Part shown: one piece after another, positions 9,306 to 19,266 of the stretch
How positions within the stretch are numbered: the first letter of the stretch is position 1
Layout of the letters: every line of letters starts with the position of its first letter
Assembly (NCBI GenBank): GCA_049322915.1
Contig: JBMOPW010000036.1
Coordinates: forward strand, 32,001-96,000
Origin: Candidatus Zhuqueibacterota bacterium
Lineage (GTDB): Bacteria; Zhuqueibacterota; Zhuqueibacteria; Thermofontimicrobiales; Thermofontimicrobiaceae
DNA: 64,000 bases
Reading direction: 5' to 3'
The notes under the pieces: generated by a model
What the model was told of the DNA's origin: nothing
Databases searched by the model: none
The model's input: the letters and a program-made list of their open reading frames with translations, nothing else
Program-made: the position numbers and the translations under genes

Positions 9306-10522
9306 CCTTTTTGCCCCTTCGCTCCTGCAGCATTGTCTTTAAACGTCAGCATGAACAACAGCGCCACAGCAGCCGCGAAAATCGCCGGCGTCCACCAGAT
9401 ATGAGGCCAGTTTTTCACACCTTCGGCAGTGAACATGTCGACGATTTTGCCGGAAAGGAATGACCCCAGCCCAAGTCCGACGCCATAGGTGACCAGCGCA
9501 ATGAAGCCCTGGGCGCTGGCGCGAATGGACTTGTCCGCTTTTTTATCGATGTAAATCTGACCGGTGACGAAGAAGAAATCGTAGCACACACCGTGAAGCA
9601 GAATGCCCAGATAGAACATCCAGACCAGGCTGCCCATGTCGCCGCTGGCGAAAAGGATGTAGCGCAACAGCCAGGAGAACATGCCGACCAGCAGCATCTT
9701 TTTCACGCCCAGCCGAACGAAGAACCAGGGCATCAGCACCATGAAAATGACTTCAGACATTTGTCCGAGCGTTTGTTTGCCGGCCACTCCTTTCATGCCG
9801 AGGTCGTTCAAAAACATGTTGGTGAAATTATAATAAAACGCCAGTGGTATGGAAATCAGCAACGAACAGAGGACAAAAATGAGGAATGACCATTCTTTCA
9901 ACAGCCGCAGCGCCTTCAATCCCAGGATGTCGCCAATGCCCACTTCCTTGCCCACATTCTTCGGCGGGGTATTCGGCAGCGTGAGCGAATACAACCCCAT
10001 CACCAGGGAGACGATGCCGGCCATTTTCATGGGCACGGCGCTTTTTTCAACGTCCGCGAAGAACTTGAACTGAATGAGCATGATGATGAGCCCGGCCACA
10101 ATCCAGCCGATGGTGCCCCAGACGCGGATATTGGGAAATTGCTTGCCCGGGTCTTCCATCTGGTGAAATGAAATGGCGTTCACCAGGGCCAGCGTCGGCA
10201 TGTAGCAGAGATTGTAGAGAAGCAGCCCTGAGATAAGCCCGAACACCGTGGTGATATTCGACACGAACAAAAGGACGAGTCCGCCCAAAATGTGCAACAG
10301 CGACAGCACCTTTTCCGAGGAAAAATACCTGTCCGCAATCATACCGATGAAAAACGGCGAGAGGATGGCGGCGATGTTATTCATCAGATAGGTGTAGCCG
10401 ATTTGCGTCCCGCTGAAGTTGATGCTGCCCAGATAGGTGCCCAGCGTGACGAACCAGGCGCCCCAGATAAAAAACTGAAAAAACATCATGACACTTAACC
10501 GAATGTAAGTGTTCGTTTTCAT
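9302..10522 (-). CDS. Nucleoside:H+ symporter family MFS permease (NupG/YegT-like)
   Basis: RLSVMMFFQFFIWGAW, FPNIRVWGTIGWI, GQMSE, LHGVCYDFFFVTGQIY; about 12 TM segments. Confidence 0.92.
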   Translation of the reverse strand: MKTNTYIRLSVMMFFQFFIWGAWFVTLGTYLGSINFSGTQIGYTYLMNNIAAILSPFFIGMIADRYFSSEKVLSLLHILGGLVLLFVSNITTVFGLISGLLLYNLCYMPTLALVNAISFHQMEDPGKQFPNIRVWGTIGWIVAGLIIMLIQFKFFADVEKSAVPMKMAGIVSLVMGLYSLTLPNTPPKNVGKEVGIGDILGLKALRLLKEWSFLIFVLCSLLISIPLAFYYNFTNMFLNDLGMKGVAGKQTLGQMSEVIFMVLMPWFFVRLGVKKMLLVGMFSWLLRYILFASGDMGSLVWMFYLGILLHGVCYDFFFVTGQIYIDKKADKSIRASAQGFIALVTYGVGLGLGSFLSGKIVDMFTAEGVKNWPHIWWTPAIFAAAVALLFMLTFKDNAAGAKGQKG

Positions 10523-10651
10523 TCATATCCCTCCTGAATACTTATATTGTTTCATCTGAAATACGATGATCAGTGCGTTCTTAAATGAAAAATCAAATGA
10601 CAATAAAACAAAACCCAAATAAAATCAAAATTCAAAAAAGAGAAAATCCAA

Positions 10652-11023
10652 TTATTTTTGAGATTTTACGATGATCGCGGAGAAATTTTTTTTTTGCTCA
10701 TGCGCCTCCTGGATTAATTTCTGAACTTCATCTGGATCGTGTAGATTATTTGTCTCACTGATCAGTCTTAACCAGTAGGCACACTCTTTTGCTTCTTTCC
10801 TGCTGATCTTTATTCTCATCAAGAAATCCTTCTTGCTGAGCGACTCATTCGCTTCCCTGTAATTGGCTCCAACTGATCCCGAAGATTTTATCAATTGCTT
10901 GCTATCTTCGATGTTTGCCAATGTGTTGGGCAACGTTTTCACAAACAATCGAACGGATTTTGCGAACTGAAATGTCCGCTCCTCAAGATCATAAACAGGT
11001 TTAGGATTTGAAATTTCATCCAT
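10652..11023 (-). CDS. Four-helix-bundle protein (23S rRNA IVS protein family)
   Basis: DLEERTFQFA...QLIKSSGSVGANYREA...SKKDF..RIKISRKEAKEC.YWL. Confidence 0.9.
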   Translation of the reverse strand: MDEISNPKPVYDLEERTFQFAKSVRLFVKTLPNTLANIEDSKQLIKSSGSVGANYREANESLSKKDFLMRIKISRKEAKECAYWLRLISETNNLHDPDEVQKLIQEAHEQKKNFSAIIVKSQK

Positions 11024-11112
11024 AGGCAGTTATTGAATTTTGTCTTTTAATTTGGAATTTGGATTTTGTTTATTGGTTCGTATTTGTCATTTGTGTTTTT
11101 GAAATTGGATTT

Positions 11113-12735
11113 TTATATAATCCTTCGCTTGATCGGATCCCAGGTGACTTTCCGATTTTCCAGGTAGGATTTCGTTGCCATGTGGCAGGCGATTCCTTCC
11201 TCGAAACCGAGATTGATGTCGCATTTGGGCGTGCTGCCGTTGCGAATGCTATCGATCCAGTCTTTCACATGCAGATGCGTCGTGTCCACCTGCTTGCCGC
11301 CGCGATAGGTATACATCAGACCTTTCTGGGCGAAATAGCGCGCAGTGGCCGAAGTGACCGCGTCGATTCCTTTGGCGCCCGGCGAGTAGGAGATGAGCGG
11401 CTCCGAGGTGTCAATCAGCTTCTCATCGATGTGCTGCCGGAACCGGGTCGAGTCGTACTCAATCCTGACTTCCACGCCATCGCCGACGTACATGGTGGCA
11501 TCGTGACCCATGATCATCCGCTGGCGACCATTGCCATTGGCCAGGGTTGCGCTGTACAGCAGCGTCAGGTTTCTCTTCGGATATTCGAACACCACGTTGA
11601 AGACGTCCGGCACGTCGCGCACTTCCTGCATCTTGTATTCTTTCTTTCGATCCCAGGCGTCATTGAAAAAATAAATTCCGCCGGATGCCACGGCTGTTTC
11701 AGGAATACCGAGGCTCAGAATCTGATTGACTGCGGCGAACTCGTGCGAGAGCAGGTCGCCGGAAAGACCTGTGCCATAATCAAACCAGCAGCGCCATCGG
11801 AAGAAACGCTCCAGGCTGAAGGGCACTTTATGGGGTGCTGCTTCCTCGAATTGCGCCCAGTCGATTGTCTCGGGGCTCCCTTTCTCGTGGATGTTGTAAT
11901 ACCAGGCGCCGTCCGGAGAGTTTCTGTTGGTGCTTGTTTCGATCAGACTGAGTCTGCCGAGAATGCCTTTGTCCACGATTTCTTTGGCTTTGATATGGCT
12001 TTCCTGCTGATGGTTCTGATGTCCCAATTGGAAGACAATGCCGCTTTTTTTCACGGCATCAGCCAACTGATACACCTCTTCTTCAGTGCGGGTGATGCAT
12101 TTTTCGAGATAGACATGCTTGCCGGCATTGGCGGCGTCGATGGCCATTTGCGCATGCCAGTGATCCGGTGTGGCAATTATGACCGCATCCACGTCCGGGC
12201 TGGCCAGTAATTCGCGATAGGTCCGGTACCGCCGGGCGCCTTTGAGATTGCCGGCGCCGCCGGGACGCACGTCATTTTTCGAAGAAGCCAGTCCGCGTTC
12301 CGCGTGAACATCGAAAATGTCGCAGACTGCGGTGAGTTCGACGTTCAGGTTATCCTGGCCTAAAAATATCTCCAGCCCCTTGTCCAGCTTATTTTTCAGG
12401 GCGTCCTGCGCTTTGGCAGCAGTCCAGTCCGGATGAGCAAAACCAGCGCCGCGCACCAAATGTTCGCCGCGACCGCCGTATCCGATAATTCCCAGCCGGA
12501 TGAGATTCCCGGCCTGGCCGCTGCTCGGACCAGTGTGAACGGCCGGCGCTTCTTTGTTCAAACCCAATTCTTCGAGAATTTTTTCCTTGCGTTGATTATC
12601 CGATGAATACTTTTCGAGCAAACTGTAAAAGAACACCCCAAAAACAGGGATGGATGCCAAACCCTTCAGAAAGTCCCGGCGATTGGTTCCTGATTCTTTG
12701 CTGTGTTTGGCGGTTGATTTTTTATTTTCTGACAT
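11113..12735 (-). CDS. Tat-exported Gfo/Idh/MocA oxidoreductase
   Basis: NRRDFLK, IIGYGGRG, IATPDHWH, YLEKC, RWRCWFDYGTGLSGDLLSH. Confidence 0.92.
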   Translation of the reverse strand: MSENKKSTAKHSKESGTNRRDFLKGLASIPVFGVFFYSLLEKYSSDNQRKEKILEELGLNKEAPAVHTGPSSGQAGNLIRLGIIGYGGRGEHLVRGAGFAHPDWTAAKAQDALKNKLDKGLEIFLGQDNLNVELTAVCDIFDVHAERGLASSKNDVRPGGAGNLKGARRYRTYRELLASPDVDAVIIATPDHWHAQMAIDAANAGKHVYLEKCITRTEEEVYQLADAVKKSGIVFQLGHQNHQQESHIKAKEIVDKGILGRLSLIETSTNRNSPDGAWYYNIHEKGSPETIDWAQFEEAAPHKVPFSLERFFRWRCWFDYGTGLSGDLLSHEFAAVNQILSLGIPETAVASGGIYFFNDAWDRKKEYKMQEVRDVPDVFNVVFEYPKRNLTLLYSATLANGNGRQRMIMGHDATMYVGDGVEVRIEYDSTRFRQHIDEKLIDTSEPLISYSPGAKGIDAVTSATARYFAQKGLMYTYRGGKQVDTTHLHVKDWIDSIRNGSTPKCDINLGFEEGIACHMATKSYLENRKVTWDPIKRRII

Positions 12736-12994
12736 ATCAAATCCTCCGGAAATTCATTTTGATTAAATTGCTAATGTCTGCAAAGCCGTTCAACAGATGC
12801 AGCAGTTACTATTCGTGGTTTTGAAGGTTCGCTCCGGCCCGATCACCGAGGCGCTGCCTCCGGCGGGAAAGTCAGGCGAATTCCTGGCGATGTTTTCTTC
12901 GGAAAAGCCCGGATCATTTCACGACCCGAACACTGACCCGGCTATCTCCCATCGCTGAACCGCAAAACCACGTTCCACGCTGGTATGTTCAGCG

Positions 12995-13489
12995 CTATTT
13001 TTTTCTGAAAATGAAAATGTCCACTCCAACAATTCTCCCTGTTGGGAAAAAGGCCAGTACGAACAGCGCCGCGATTTCAATCAAGGTTTTATTGACAATG
13101 AGATACGCGCCTTCGGTCGGCATGGTGTACGTCAGGCCAATGAACGGCGGGGCGCTGAGGTAGTACAGACTCAACAGGACAATCCCGAAAATTGTCGCAG
13201 CCTGTGTCAAAACGCCGGCAATGAGCCCCAGCCCGATTGCGATCAATCCCCATTCATTCAGGAAATCAACAACGCTGAGGACGCCGGGATTGGAAAGGAT
13301 GCTTTTGAACAGTCCGGCAAAAATCCCTTTGGAATCGACCAGGTAACTTGCAGCAGACCAGTAGGGATTCAGCAGTTTGGAGAAACCCTCGTAAAGCAGA
13401 TGCCAGCCAATGAGCATTCTCAAGACGACAAGCACCGTGATCTGGCCATTGGAGAAGGCCGATGAATCACTTTTAAATCGTTTTGGCAT
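12995..13489 (-). CDS. DoxX family membrane protein
   Basis: LRMLIGWHLLYEGFSKL, four TM segments, EGAYLIVNKTLIE. Confidence 0.85.
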   Translation of the reverse strand: MPKRFKSDSSAFSNGQITVLVVLRMLIGWHLLYEGFSKLLNPYWSAASYLVDSKGIFAGLFKSILSNPGVLSVVDFLNEWGLIAIGLGLIAGVLTQAATIFGIVLLSLYYLSAPPFIGLTYTMPTEGAYLIVNKTLIEIAALFVLAFFPTGRIVGVDIFIFRKK

Positions 13490-13811
13490 AAATTTCCTCC
13501 TGAAAGGTAGTTCATAAAGTTGAATTTTGATGGGCCGCGTAGACCGAAGTCAATAGAGCGACAGCAATGAACGAGCGCAGATGAGTGATCCCGGGGAGAA
13601 CTCTATTGCTCTGCCGACTTTGGCGGAGACTGGAATAGCTTCTTGCTACGAGGCTGTATCAAAAGTGGTTTTGTCATTGAGTCATGTAAGTGCACATGCG
13701 CCGATGCCGCAGTGCGCACAGATTTAGTCTGAGTGATTGTTGATTGACCTCCTGTACTTATTCACCAGTGAACTGGATTAATTTAAAAGTCGCTGCGCCG
13801 ATGTGGGCAGT

Positions 13812-16007
13812 TCATTTTTTATCGTGACGCTGCGCCGTCGCACCGGCCAGGTATTTGTAGATTCCTTTCTCCCAATTATCCAGATCGGATGTGTACCATC
13901 GCGAGATGCGACTGCCGGACGGCCCGCCGGGAAGATTCGTCCATAGGCCGTCTTCAGCAAAATCGACAATCATGCGAAACGATGGCGCGAATGTATTGAT
14001 TCTGCCGGCGTTGTTCCAGATCTGTCCCTGGGAGATGGTGGCGCGACAGCCGATCATCGGTTTGTTTTTGATGTCAAAACCCAAAAAGCCGGGAAGCTTG
14101 CCGCCGAGGAAAATATTCATCATGTCGAATGAATGGGTCTTGCCATACGGCAGTGGCTTGATGTCTAAACCGGCAGCGATGGCTTCCTGAATGACGGCGT
14201 CCCTGTTCAGCCCCTCGAACCAGGCCGACTGCTCATCCATCAGCACATCATCGAAATTGCCGTAGAAATCCGTGAACAGACTGGTGCGGGTGAGCAAATG
14301 CTCCATGGCGTCCGCGCCGATGCCATGGGCGCCGAAGACGATTTTCAGGCAGTTCAGATAAAGCGATTCGAATATCGTCGCGCTCTTCGAATCCGTAACA
14401 TAGCTCATATTCCAATTCTGCAGAATATCCGCATTTAGATGGTCCGGCAGGAGCGGAATGAACAGCATGATCAATCGCTCCGCTTGTTTGGAATAGACGT
14501 CATACTGCATTCGCTGAATGTACTGCCGGTCGACGGAATCGCTGTGCTGCAACCGATCCATGATGCGCTGGAAGCGGTAGGCCGCCATCGGCAGATTGAT
14601 GGGATGCGCCTTTCCGAGTGCATTCAAATCATTATTGGCAGTGGCCAGATAGCCAGCCTCAGGATTTTCGCTTTGCGGGAAAAGCGCCGGATCGACAAAT
14701 CCCTGCCAGTCATTTTCCGGCATCCAGCCGGGAATGGGGAGAAGTCCGCTGAGGCCTTTTTTCCGCTGTGGCATTCTGCCGCTCATTTGATAGCCAATGT
14801 TGCCGGCGTCGTCCGCAAACACCCAGTTCATGGTGGGCACAGAGACTTCGCGGAATCTCTGCCTGGCTTCGGCCACAGTTTTGATCGTATCGATGGCCAG
14901 AATGTTGTTGAGAATATCGGCGCCAACGCCGCTGCGACCTGTGAACGCCATGGACAGGTACTTGCCCGGTTTCCCTGGATCGCCTTCCAGTACGCCGTGC
15001 TGATTTTCAAAGAAAGTGAGTTCGATCGGCTGTTTCTTCCGGGGGCGGATGATTTCGGTGCGTTTTTCAAAAGGCAGCCACTGGCCATCGTAGCAGAATT
15101 TTTCGTCTCGGCAATCTTCGATGAAATAATCGATCATGTCCATGAACGCGTAGGTTCCGCCCCATGCGAGATGACGCGTACGACCCATCACCATCACCGG
15201 AAGGCCGGGCATGGTGATGCCCATCGTGACGGTATCGTTCATTTGCCAGATCATCTCGTACCACAGCGCCGGCAGGCGATTGACGTCCATGTGCGGATCA
15301 GTCGCCAGCATGGCTTTGCCGGATTTTGTCCTCGTGCCGGAAATCGCCCAGGAATTGCTGGCGCGCAGGTCCGGCAAAACGCCTTTCCACAAATGGCCGG
15401 GCACGGGTTCTTGCTGCAATTGAATCTGTTTGATCAGAGCGTAATCGATCTCTTCGGTGAGGTAGGGGAACAGCGCGCGCAGTTTCTTTTCCGGTATTTC
15501 GCGCTGAATCATTTGAACGAGGAACTTTTCCATGTCGCCCTGAGCCTGGGCCAGACCGATGTAGCCCATCAGTTTGGCCGTGAGTATCGAATCCTGAATC
15601 GTCCAGGGCGCGGGAGTGTAGCCCACCATCCGGAATTCCAGCGGCCTCTTTTTCGTGGCAATGGCGCGATTGATTCCAGCGCAATAGGCGTCCATGGCCC
15701 GCTTCGTGTCAGGGGTCAGTTTTTCGATCTCCGCGTCCGTGTCTTTCCTGAGAAAAAGCCAGCGCATGTACCTGTCAACAGCGATCAAATCGTCCGTGCC
15801 GGCGAAATCCTCGGACGCTCTGCCATGGCCGATGGAACGCACCAGCATCAGTTGCACCATGCGATCCCAGGCCTGGGCATAGCCGATTGCGAAGCAGAGG
15901 TCCTCGCGATTATTGGCGGTGATGAGGGGGACACCGTGTTCCGTTCGTTTGATAGAAACCAGGTTATGAATAGCGTGCAGGGTAAAATTTTTAGTCGATT
16001 CGTTCAT
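13812..16007 (-). CDS. Penicillin acylase family Ntn-hydrolase
   Basis: HGVPLI, GYAQAWDR, catalytic ASNSWAI, ATDPHM, TANN, PGGPSG. Confidence 0.92.
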   Translation of the reverse strand: MNESTKNFTLHAIHNLVSIKRTEHGVPLITANNREDLCFAIGYAQAWDRMVQLMLVRSIGHGRASEDFAGTDDLIAVDRYMRWLFLRKDTDAEIEKLTPDTKRAMDAYCAGINRAIATKKRPLEFRMVGYTPAPWTIQDSILTAKLMGYIGLAQAQGDMEKFLVQMIQREIPEKKLRALFPYLTEEIDYALIKQIQLQQEPVPGHLWKGVLPDLRASNSWAISGTRTKSGKAMLATDPHMDVNRLPALWYEMIWQMNDTVTMGITMPGLPVMVMGRTRHLAWGGTYAFMDMIDYFIEDCRDEKFCYDGQWLPFEKRTEIIRPRKKQPIELTFFENQHGVLEGDPGKPGKYLSMAFTGRSGVGADILNNILAIDTIKTVAEARQRFREVSVPTMNWVFADDAGNIGYQMSGRMPQRKKGLSGLLPIPGWMPENDWQGFVDPALFPQSENPEAGYLATANNDLNALGKAHPINLPMAAYRFQRIMDRLQHSDSVDRQYIQRMQYDVYSKQAERLIMLFIPLLPDHLNADILQNWNMSYVTDSKSATIFESLYLNCLKIVFGAHGIGADAMEHLLTRTSLFTDFYGNFDDVLMDEQSAWFEGLNRDAVIQEAIAAGLDIKPLPYGKTHSFDMMNIFLGGKLPGFLGFDIKNKPMIGCRATISQGQIWNNAGRINTFAPSFRMIVDFAEDGLWTNLPGGPSGSRISRWYTSDLDNWEKGIYKYLAGATAQRHDKK

Positions 16008-16080
16008 GGATTCTCACTCGGTTCGATTCATGGATTCTCTGTGCGAGACTCGTCTGATCAGATTTTTTCCCGGGAAGTTG

Positions 16081-17043
16081 TCATTTTTTCTGAAATAACA
16101 ACCGTTGCCATAAATGCGGAGCTCTGTCAGCGTTGGGAATATAATCGTCAATGCAATTGAAATTGTAAGATTTTAAAAATTCCTTCAGAGAGGGAATGTG
16201 ATAAGCGCGGATGCTCATTAATTTAATCCGATCGTTGGGAGTGATCGTCACCCATTCGTCCAGAACGCTTATCTGTTTGTCCAGATTGGGGACAAAGTAA
16301 AACGTACAGGTCAGCGCGTTCAACAGCAGGTCTTCTTCCTCCTGGCTGATGATGTGACCATGTTCCTCGGAGAGCGCGAATTTCTCCAGCAATCGGGCGA
16401 AGAAATTTCGGTAATTCTTCGGCAGGTCCGCGTATCGTTTTTTCAGCGCGTTATTCATCTCGGGGGTATGCCCTGTCGGGACAATATCGAGGTAAAAATA
16501 ATCATGGGTTCCAACGAGAGCGCGCATCACACCGGCAATGTGCGTCTGTTCGAAATTGCCAAAAGTGCCGCCCATGAATGCGTACAGGATAGTATCATAG
16601 TGTTGCAGGTAAGGAGTCAATGCGTCTTTGAAAGTGGAGTGCGTGAAATCAGCGAGGAAAAATCGTCGGTTGTACCGGACGTCGGCGAGGCTGGCCGAGG
16701 CGAGCTTCAACATGGCTTCGGAGGAATCGACGCCAAAATAGTCGATGCGATAGCCCTGCCGGCTCAGATGTTGGAGCAGCATCTTTTCCGGCGCGCCATT
16801 GCCGCAGCCGAGGCTGACAAAGGCCGTCGATGAATCGGCGCGCAGCACTTTCAGCTTCTCGAAAAATTGAACCTCATCGCGCCAATTGATCTGAATGATA
16901 CCGGGGCCGCGGTACTGGTAAAACGATTCTGCGCCTTCTGCTGTGTAGAAAATATTCTGTTGTATCGATTTTAGAGATTTGATCTCCCGAAGGTTATCCG
17001 CCAGGATTTTCTCTCCGGATTGAAAAACGATCGTGTCAGTCAT
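16081..17043 (-). CDS. EgtD-like SAM-dependent methyltransferase
   Basis: VSLGCGNGAPE, GVDSSEAML, ADF, FMGGTFGNF motifs. Confidence 0.7.
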   Translation of the reverse strand: MTDTIVFQSGEKILADNLREIKSLKSIQQNIFYTAEGAESFYQYRGPGIIQINWRDEVQFFEKLKVLRADSSTAFVSLGCGNGAPEKMLLQHLSRQGYRIDYFGVDSSEAMLKLASASLADVRYNRRFFLADFTHSTFKDALTPYLQHYDTILYAFMGGTFGNFEQTHIAGVMRALVGTHDYFYLDIVPTGHTPEMNNALKKRYADLPKNYRNFFARLLEKFALSEEHGHIISQEEEDLLLNALTCTFYFVPNLDKQISVLDEWVTITPNDRIKLMSIRAYHIPSLKEFLKSYNFNCIDDYIPNADRAPHLWQRLLFQKK

Positions 17044-17091
17044 AGTCCGTCGATAATTTTTTCAATGATGCCCCTCCCGCATTAAGTAGAA

Positions 17092-17700
17092 TTAATTGAT
17101 CAATTCCGATTTGATGGAAACGCGAACCAATCCCCTGAAGTCGTTGAGTTGATAGTCCACTGCTTTGTCGTTGGGATAATTTTCACTGAGAATTTGGGCT
17201 ATTTTGGGATCCATTGTCTGTGGCGATGCATGGCAACTCAGGCAAGGCTTATCCATGGTCATGGGTTTGTAATAGCGATATTCCTGCGCTGCAAAGACGG
17301 GCTGAATATAGTACTCGGGCAGCGTTTTGTTTTGCTGCAGCGAGGCTTCAAAATATTTCAGGGCGAGCGCTTCTAGCGAATCCGGAGCATTGAACGGATT
17401 GCGGAATTTGAACGACGTGCGTTTCAACTGAATGGGTTTCTGCAACAGGGACTGAACCTCCTCGGTGATGGGAATGGCCTGACTGGCGCAGACCTCGATC
17501 GCTTCAACAGCGCCGCCCTGGTTCATGGCCTCCACCAGGTGTTTCCTGAGATTTTTCATCAGTTCCAGCGCAGACGACTCCCCGATCTCTCGGATTTTGC
17601 TCTCCTGGGCTGCCGTCAATTTCTGGGATTGCTGGGAACAGCCGAGAATGACGGCGCCACAAACCAGCATTATGCTAAGGATTAATGATCGTTTTTTCAT
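17092..17700 (-). CDS. DUF3365 c-type heme lipoprotein
   Basis: Lipobox ILGC; RTSFKFRNPFNAPD; CLSCH; YPNDKAVDYQLNDFRG. Confidence 0.85.
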   Translation of the reverse strand: MKKRSLILSIMLVCGAVILGCSQQSQKLTAAQESKIREIGESSALELMKNLRKHLVEAMNQGGAVEAIEVCASQAIPITEEVQSLLQKPIQLKRTSFKFRNPFNAPDSLEALALKYFEASLQQNKTLPEYYIQPVFAAQEYRYYKPMTMDKPCLSCHASPQTMDPKIAQILSENYPNDKAVDYQLNDFRGLVRVSIKSELIN

Positions 17701-18105
17701 TTTGTTTCCTCCTGTTTTACTGATGGATGACGGTGCGCGCTGCGTTCAGCAGGGATATTCAATTCTGAAGATGAATGGACAGACCAGATTATTAAATTTC
17801 AAGTCCTTTGGCAATCTGAGCCGGAAGCGGGCGCGGAACGATGGCATTCATGCGGCCAGGTTTGAAAGGGCGCACTCCATTCAGCTACAAAATCAATGGG
17901 TTGCCTCGTGGCCCGGAATCAAGCTCAAAATTCAAGGTACAATGTAATTTGATTCGACTTAAATGTCAAGAGAGAAATGAAAAAATTTTAGATTGACAGG
18001 GATTGCCGGTCATACAAAATCGGATGGAGAGGTGGATTGGCGGAATCGCAGCGATGAACAGGGGAGGGCGTCGGGTGAGCCAGTCATCCTGGCCCACCCT
18101 GAACG

Positions 18106-18906
18106 TCATTGCTCCAAAATCTTCACGTTTCCATTGACAGTGGAAATATCAATTTTGCCGCCGCCTCCATCGATGTCGCCCTCAATTCGATGCTTCATCA
18201 CTTTGCCCCGGATGGTGAGCGGGAAATCGGTCCGGACGGAGCCATTCACCGTGGACGCATTGACATTGGCGCGAACCGTGGCCGGCAAACTGAGCGTCGC
18301 ATTGCCGTTGGTCGTCTTCATCCGAATAGCGTCAGTCTCCTGGAAGTCGGTGGCTTCAGCGGTCACCGATCCATTCGTCGAATATAATTCCAGCGATCCT
18401 TCCATGTTCTCCACTTCGATGTTGCCATTGGTGGTGCGCATGGAATTCTTGCCGCGGACGGAAGATGCGAAAATATTGCCATTGGTGGAATGCAAATCGA
18501 GGTTGGATTGCCGGGGCGCTTTGATGGTGAAATGAATCACTGGCGTGCGACCGGAAGTGAACAGGGTATTCCAGAAGCCACTGTCGCTATCATGTCGGGG
18601 GTAATCTGCTTCGATGGTCAGGTGGCCTCCGGTCTGTTCGACGACAATAGTCACCTTCTCCATTATGCGGTCAGCGTCGCGCTGGCTGCGGGCTCGCACT
18701 TTGATTTCAGCCTCAATTTTCACTGATTCACTATCCCAGGCGGTTGCTTTGATTTGGCCATTGACCGAAGTCACCTGGATGTCGCCAGCGCTCTTAAACT
18801 CCACGGTCTTACTGAAATGTTTGGTGAAATCGTCCGAAGCATGGACCAGGGTTGCCGTTAAAAAGACCACTGCCAGACAGAAATTTTTCCATGTTAATGC
18901 GTGCAT
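18106..18906 (-). CDS. DUF4097 beta-strand repeat (adhesin-like) protein
   Basis: Signal peptide; repeated S/T-T/V-NG-x-I/V units; start after GGAGG. Confidence 0.82.
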   Translation of the reverse strand: MHALTWKNFCLAVVFLTATLVHASDDFTKHFSKTVEFKSAGDIQVTSVNGQIKATAWDSESVKIEAEIKVRARSQRDADRIMEKVTIVVEQTGGHLTIEADYPRHDSDSGFWNTLFTSGRTPVIHFTIKAPRQSNLDLHSTNGNIFASSVRGKNSMRTTNGNIEVENMEGSLELYSTNGSVTAEATDFQETDAIRMKTTNGNATLSLPATVRANVNASTVNGSVRTDFPLTIRGKVMKHRIEGDIDGGGGKIDISTVNGNVKILEQ

Positions 18907-19266
18907 GTTTAATCCTCCAAGTAATGAGTGTTCGTTCATTCAGAGCAGCAGGCTCGGTTCGACCAAAATCATTCATCGATTTTACCCGAGATGATAATTC
19001 GGCCGTACCCATTTTGATAGATGCGAATTTGATCTCGAATACGGTCGAATCAGGCGATAGTTTCAAAGTATATGGACATCGACATGGTGTACTGCCATGA
19101 GTTTCCTGTTGACATTTTCAGCAAATCTTTGTAAGTTACGCCTTGAAATTGTGTCGATGTCGCATTTCATAACAACTGAAGTTATTCGGTGATAGCCATC
19201 GAAAGAAGCTGGTTCGACATAAATTCTATTCATCTGTATGCACTTAATTGAGAAAGGACAAAACCT

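Noticed and set aside
10652..11023. DGR accessory protein Avd
   Set aside because: Related fold, but no reverse transcriptase or template/variable repeat pair was seen in the window
12790..12990. GC-rich intergenic stretch as a possible ncRNA or riboswitch
   Set aside because: No recognisable conserved motif; an Rfam search would be needed
14439..16160. 573-aa plus-strand ORF
   Set aside because: Antisense to the penicillin acylase; no recognisable domain
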